Source: Entomortierella parvispora E1425
Taxonomy: Eukaryota > Fungi > Mortierellomycota
DNA: 64,000 nt
Reading direction: 5' to 3'
NCBI GenBank assembly: GCA_020891255.1
Contig: BQFW01000002.1
Location: 3,534,001-3,598,000, forward strand
The notes below the pieces were generated by a model that saw only the letters and a list, made by a program, of their open reading frames with translations, did not search any database and was not told where the DNA came from. Position numbers and translations under genes: made by a program. Shown in pieces: positions 61,255-64,000 of the stretch; positions within the stretch are counted from its first letter, which is position 1; each line of letters begins with the position of its first letter.

Positions 61255-64000
61255 ATGTCGTCAAATTCTAATTCGCCATGCCAATTCTTTACCACAAAGA
61301 AGGGATGTCGCAATGGTGCCTCTTGTCCTTTCCTTCACATCAACATGCCTGGTCCAGCAGCACCAACCACCCCAAAGAACAATCGCAAGCCTCGGTCCTC
61401 CACTGCACCAAAGACTTCCACAGTAACACCTGCATCTGAGCCAACTGCATCGTCGTCGTCTCCAGCCCCGGCTCTAGCAACGGCTTCCACTCCTAGAAGA
61501 GCTCCCCCTGCCTCTCGCGCTCCGGTTCGGAAACCTGTGCCCAAGTCTCTACAGAACTTGGCTGCAGATCAGGCGCAAGCCAGGGCTCAATTACGTCAGT
61601 TTGAGATCTCCCAAGTTCAAAGTCGATTCGCCTCGAGCATCAAGGGTATCTCTGGCGTTTCTTCTGAATCGAGCGTTTCTGCGAACAATGATCAAAACAC
61701 GGTATTTGAACTCAAGATCGTTCCCAGTGATCCGGACTTTCCTTATGAGATCGATGCCCTTCATGTTCGTTTGGTGGTCCCCCTGAACTATCCAGAGGCC
61801 CCACCTTCGCTCACAGTATTGAACTCGACCATCCCTAAAGGATTCTCGACAAACTTGGAGCGTGGATTTGACGCAGCAGCCAGACAACACAAATCACTGC
61901 TCCAGCACCTCAATTGGCTGGACGTGAACATGGAGCAACTGCTGCAAAAACCTCCTGCACCAACTATTCGCTTCGTTGGAAATGCGAACAACGCCAATGG
62001 AACGACAACAGCATCCGGCAGCAACGGCAGCAACGTGAGCACTAACTCGAAAAACTCGCCTGCTCTCCCACCTGCCCTGCCTACTCCCGCGTCTCCACCA
62101 ACTGCGGAGAAAATACCAGCGAATCCTCCAATTCCTGCTACTCCTCCGAAGCCTACCACGCCCGTTGCACAAAAGCCGGCATTCACCTCTGTTCAGCTGG
62201 AACAGGCAAGCCTTCAGCGTCAGCAGCAAATGGCTCAAATCCAAGCGCGATTTAGATCTTCGATCCAGACTATCTCGCCAACAGAAATCCAGATCGCGCT
62301 TGAGTCAGCCAACAAATCCCAGATGCCTGTTATCTGGGAAGGACCTCTATGGATCAACTTCTTAATCCCCAAGATTTACCCGTTGGAGCCATGTGAGATC
62401 AGATTGAAGGAGGATGGACACAATCCAGAACTGGAACTTTGGAGAGCAAGGTAAGGAACTATCTTATCTGTGTAACATATACATTGCAGATGTGGGAAAT
62501 GCTATTTCTGACTTTTTTGTGTGTTCGTGTATGTAAAGAAATGTGGAGGCAGGATTCCGAAAATTCGTCGCAGCTATGCCGCAGCACTCCCTATTCCAAC
62601 TTTTGAACCAACTTAACCGGGACCTCAAGGACTTGATGTCGCTGCCGAAGCCCGAAGCCCCGATATCCGTTGTAACGGAAGCATTGTCATCGTTGATTCT
62701 TGAGTCTTCACCGTCTTCTTCCGAAAGTCCTCAGTCAGAGTCGACAAAGTCTACCGAAGCTCAGAGCAAGCTGCCACCGTCATCTTCAACAAGGATCCTA
62801 GAAAATGACAAGAATTCCAAGCTTATCTACGTCGATGCAGTTCAGTCGTCTCGGCCCAGGAATTTTGAGCATGCGGAGGATCAGGGTGTAATGACAAGTG
62901 AGGATGACGAAGACGACTATTCAGACGATTCAGACGAGGAAAGCGACGATGAATCTAATAACTCGGATGAAGAACAGGATGGAAGTGAAGAGGAAAGTGC
63001 CTCAAAGACCCAGGCGACCACTGAAACCTCTTCTTCTGCACCACCAAAGCGTGGTATTGAAATCCGAATGCCTGATTTGAAGCTGGAGCACATTTCGTTA
63101 CTCTACTGTCGATCTCTCAATCTCCTAGTCCGCTGTAATCGTTGCAAAGGATTGTTCGAGATCCCCGATCTTGTTCCTCAAGAAGGCGGTGGAATTACAG
63201 GCGGGAGCGGCGCTGCCAACAAAGGAGACACTCGAAAATGGAAGACTTGCGAGAACTGTCAGTCGCTACTTGGGGCTCATTTCAGGACAGAATATATCCA
63301 CATCCAATCCAGAACGCTTGGATATATCGATCTGGCGGGATGTACGGCGTTTGATCTATTGCCTTCAGCATTCGTTCCGACCTGCGAGGACTGTGATCAG
63401 GTTTTGGGAGCTGCCGACCAGCACTCTGATGCTAATGCCGTAACGTCTTCGTCATCGACTCATCAGGCAGCACCAGTCGGATTCCGGCAACGTGTCGGCC
63501 GAGGAATGTCTGCGACGGCCAACTGTCGCAAGTGTCACGTCCGTATGACTCTGACTCTTGAGGGCGAAATCAAATTCGTCAAGCTCAGTCCTGGAGATCT
63601 CATGAAGGCCTCTGCTGAGACGCTTGAGCAACTTCCGCTGAAAAAGAAATTGCTCCGCAACCACGCCAAGAATGGAGGATTGGATTTCGAGCTCAAAGTT
63701 GGAGAACCTCTGCCGAGAAAAGGTGCCTGCGACCATTACAAGAAATCACGTCGTTGGTTCCGGTTCCCCTGCTGTTCCAAGATTTACCCCTGTCATCTCT
63801 GTCACGACGAGAAGGAGGCCGATCATGAGTCCGAGTTTGCAAAGAGGATGGTGTGTGGTCATTGTTCTCGGGAGCAGACCGTGAGCGACAAGCCATGTGT
63901 CTGTGGTGAGAGTCCTGTCAAGAGCACTCACGGATCTGGCGCCTTTTGGGAAGGTGGAGAAGGAATGAGAGACAAGACCCGGATGAGCAACAAAGACAGC
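61255..64000 (+). CDS. CCCH zinc finger + RWD/UBC-like + CHY zinc finger protein, 3'-truncated by the window edge
   Basis: CQFFTTKKGCRNGASCPFLH (CCCH); VPSDPDFPYE...VPLNYPEAPP (RWD-like); after the intron near 62452-62538: CxxC pairs and CDHYKKSRRWFRFPCCSKIYPCHLCHDE...MVCGHC (CHY). Confidence 0.88.

Overview
Eukaryotic, intron-rich fungal DNA, most likely an early-diverging fungus (Mortierellaceae-like; inferred from gene content, short GT-AG introns with CTRAC branch points and CT-rich 5' UTRs, not from a database search). About 20 protein-coding genes can be reconstructed by hand-splicing: F-box/LRR-like protein (5'-truncated), riboflavin kinase, LRWD1/EED-like WD40 protein, cystathionine gamma-synthase, F-box-JmjC-kinase-like protein, V-ATPase c'', GPI-type aspartic protease, three-repeat Myb, signal peptide peptidase, mitochondrial S8, His-rich fasciclin, presenilin, AA11-like LPMO, alanine aminotransferase, NAA50, CSC1/OSCA channel, a large coiled-coil protein and a CCCH/RWD/CHY zinc-finger protein (3'-truncated), plus a CAX pseudogene. 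The most striking observations are: (1) an intact presenilin whose N-terminus carries a MYND zinc finger, lying about 5 kb from signal peptide peptidase and directly upstream of a 67-aa single-pass membrane microprotein; (2) a gene-free 1.7-kb interval holding a roughly 260-nt GC-rich element with a tRNA-like A/B-box head (candidate Pol III ncRNA or SINE), bracketed by two decayed, order-permuted copies of adjacent pieces of the CHY gene about 53 kb away. No CRISPR array, rRNA, canonical tRNA or autonomous transposon was found. All family assignments come from recognising motifs by eye, and identities are approximate hand counts.
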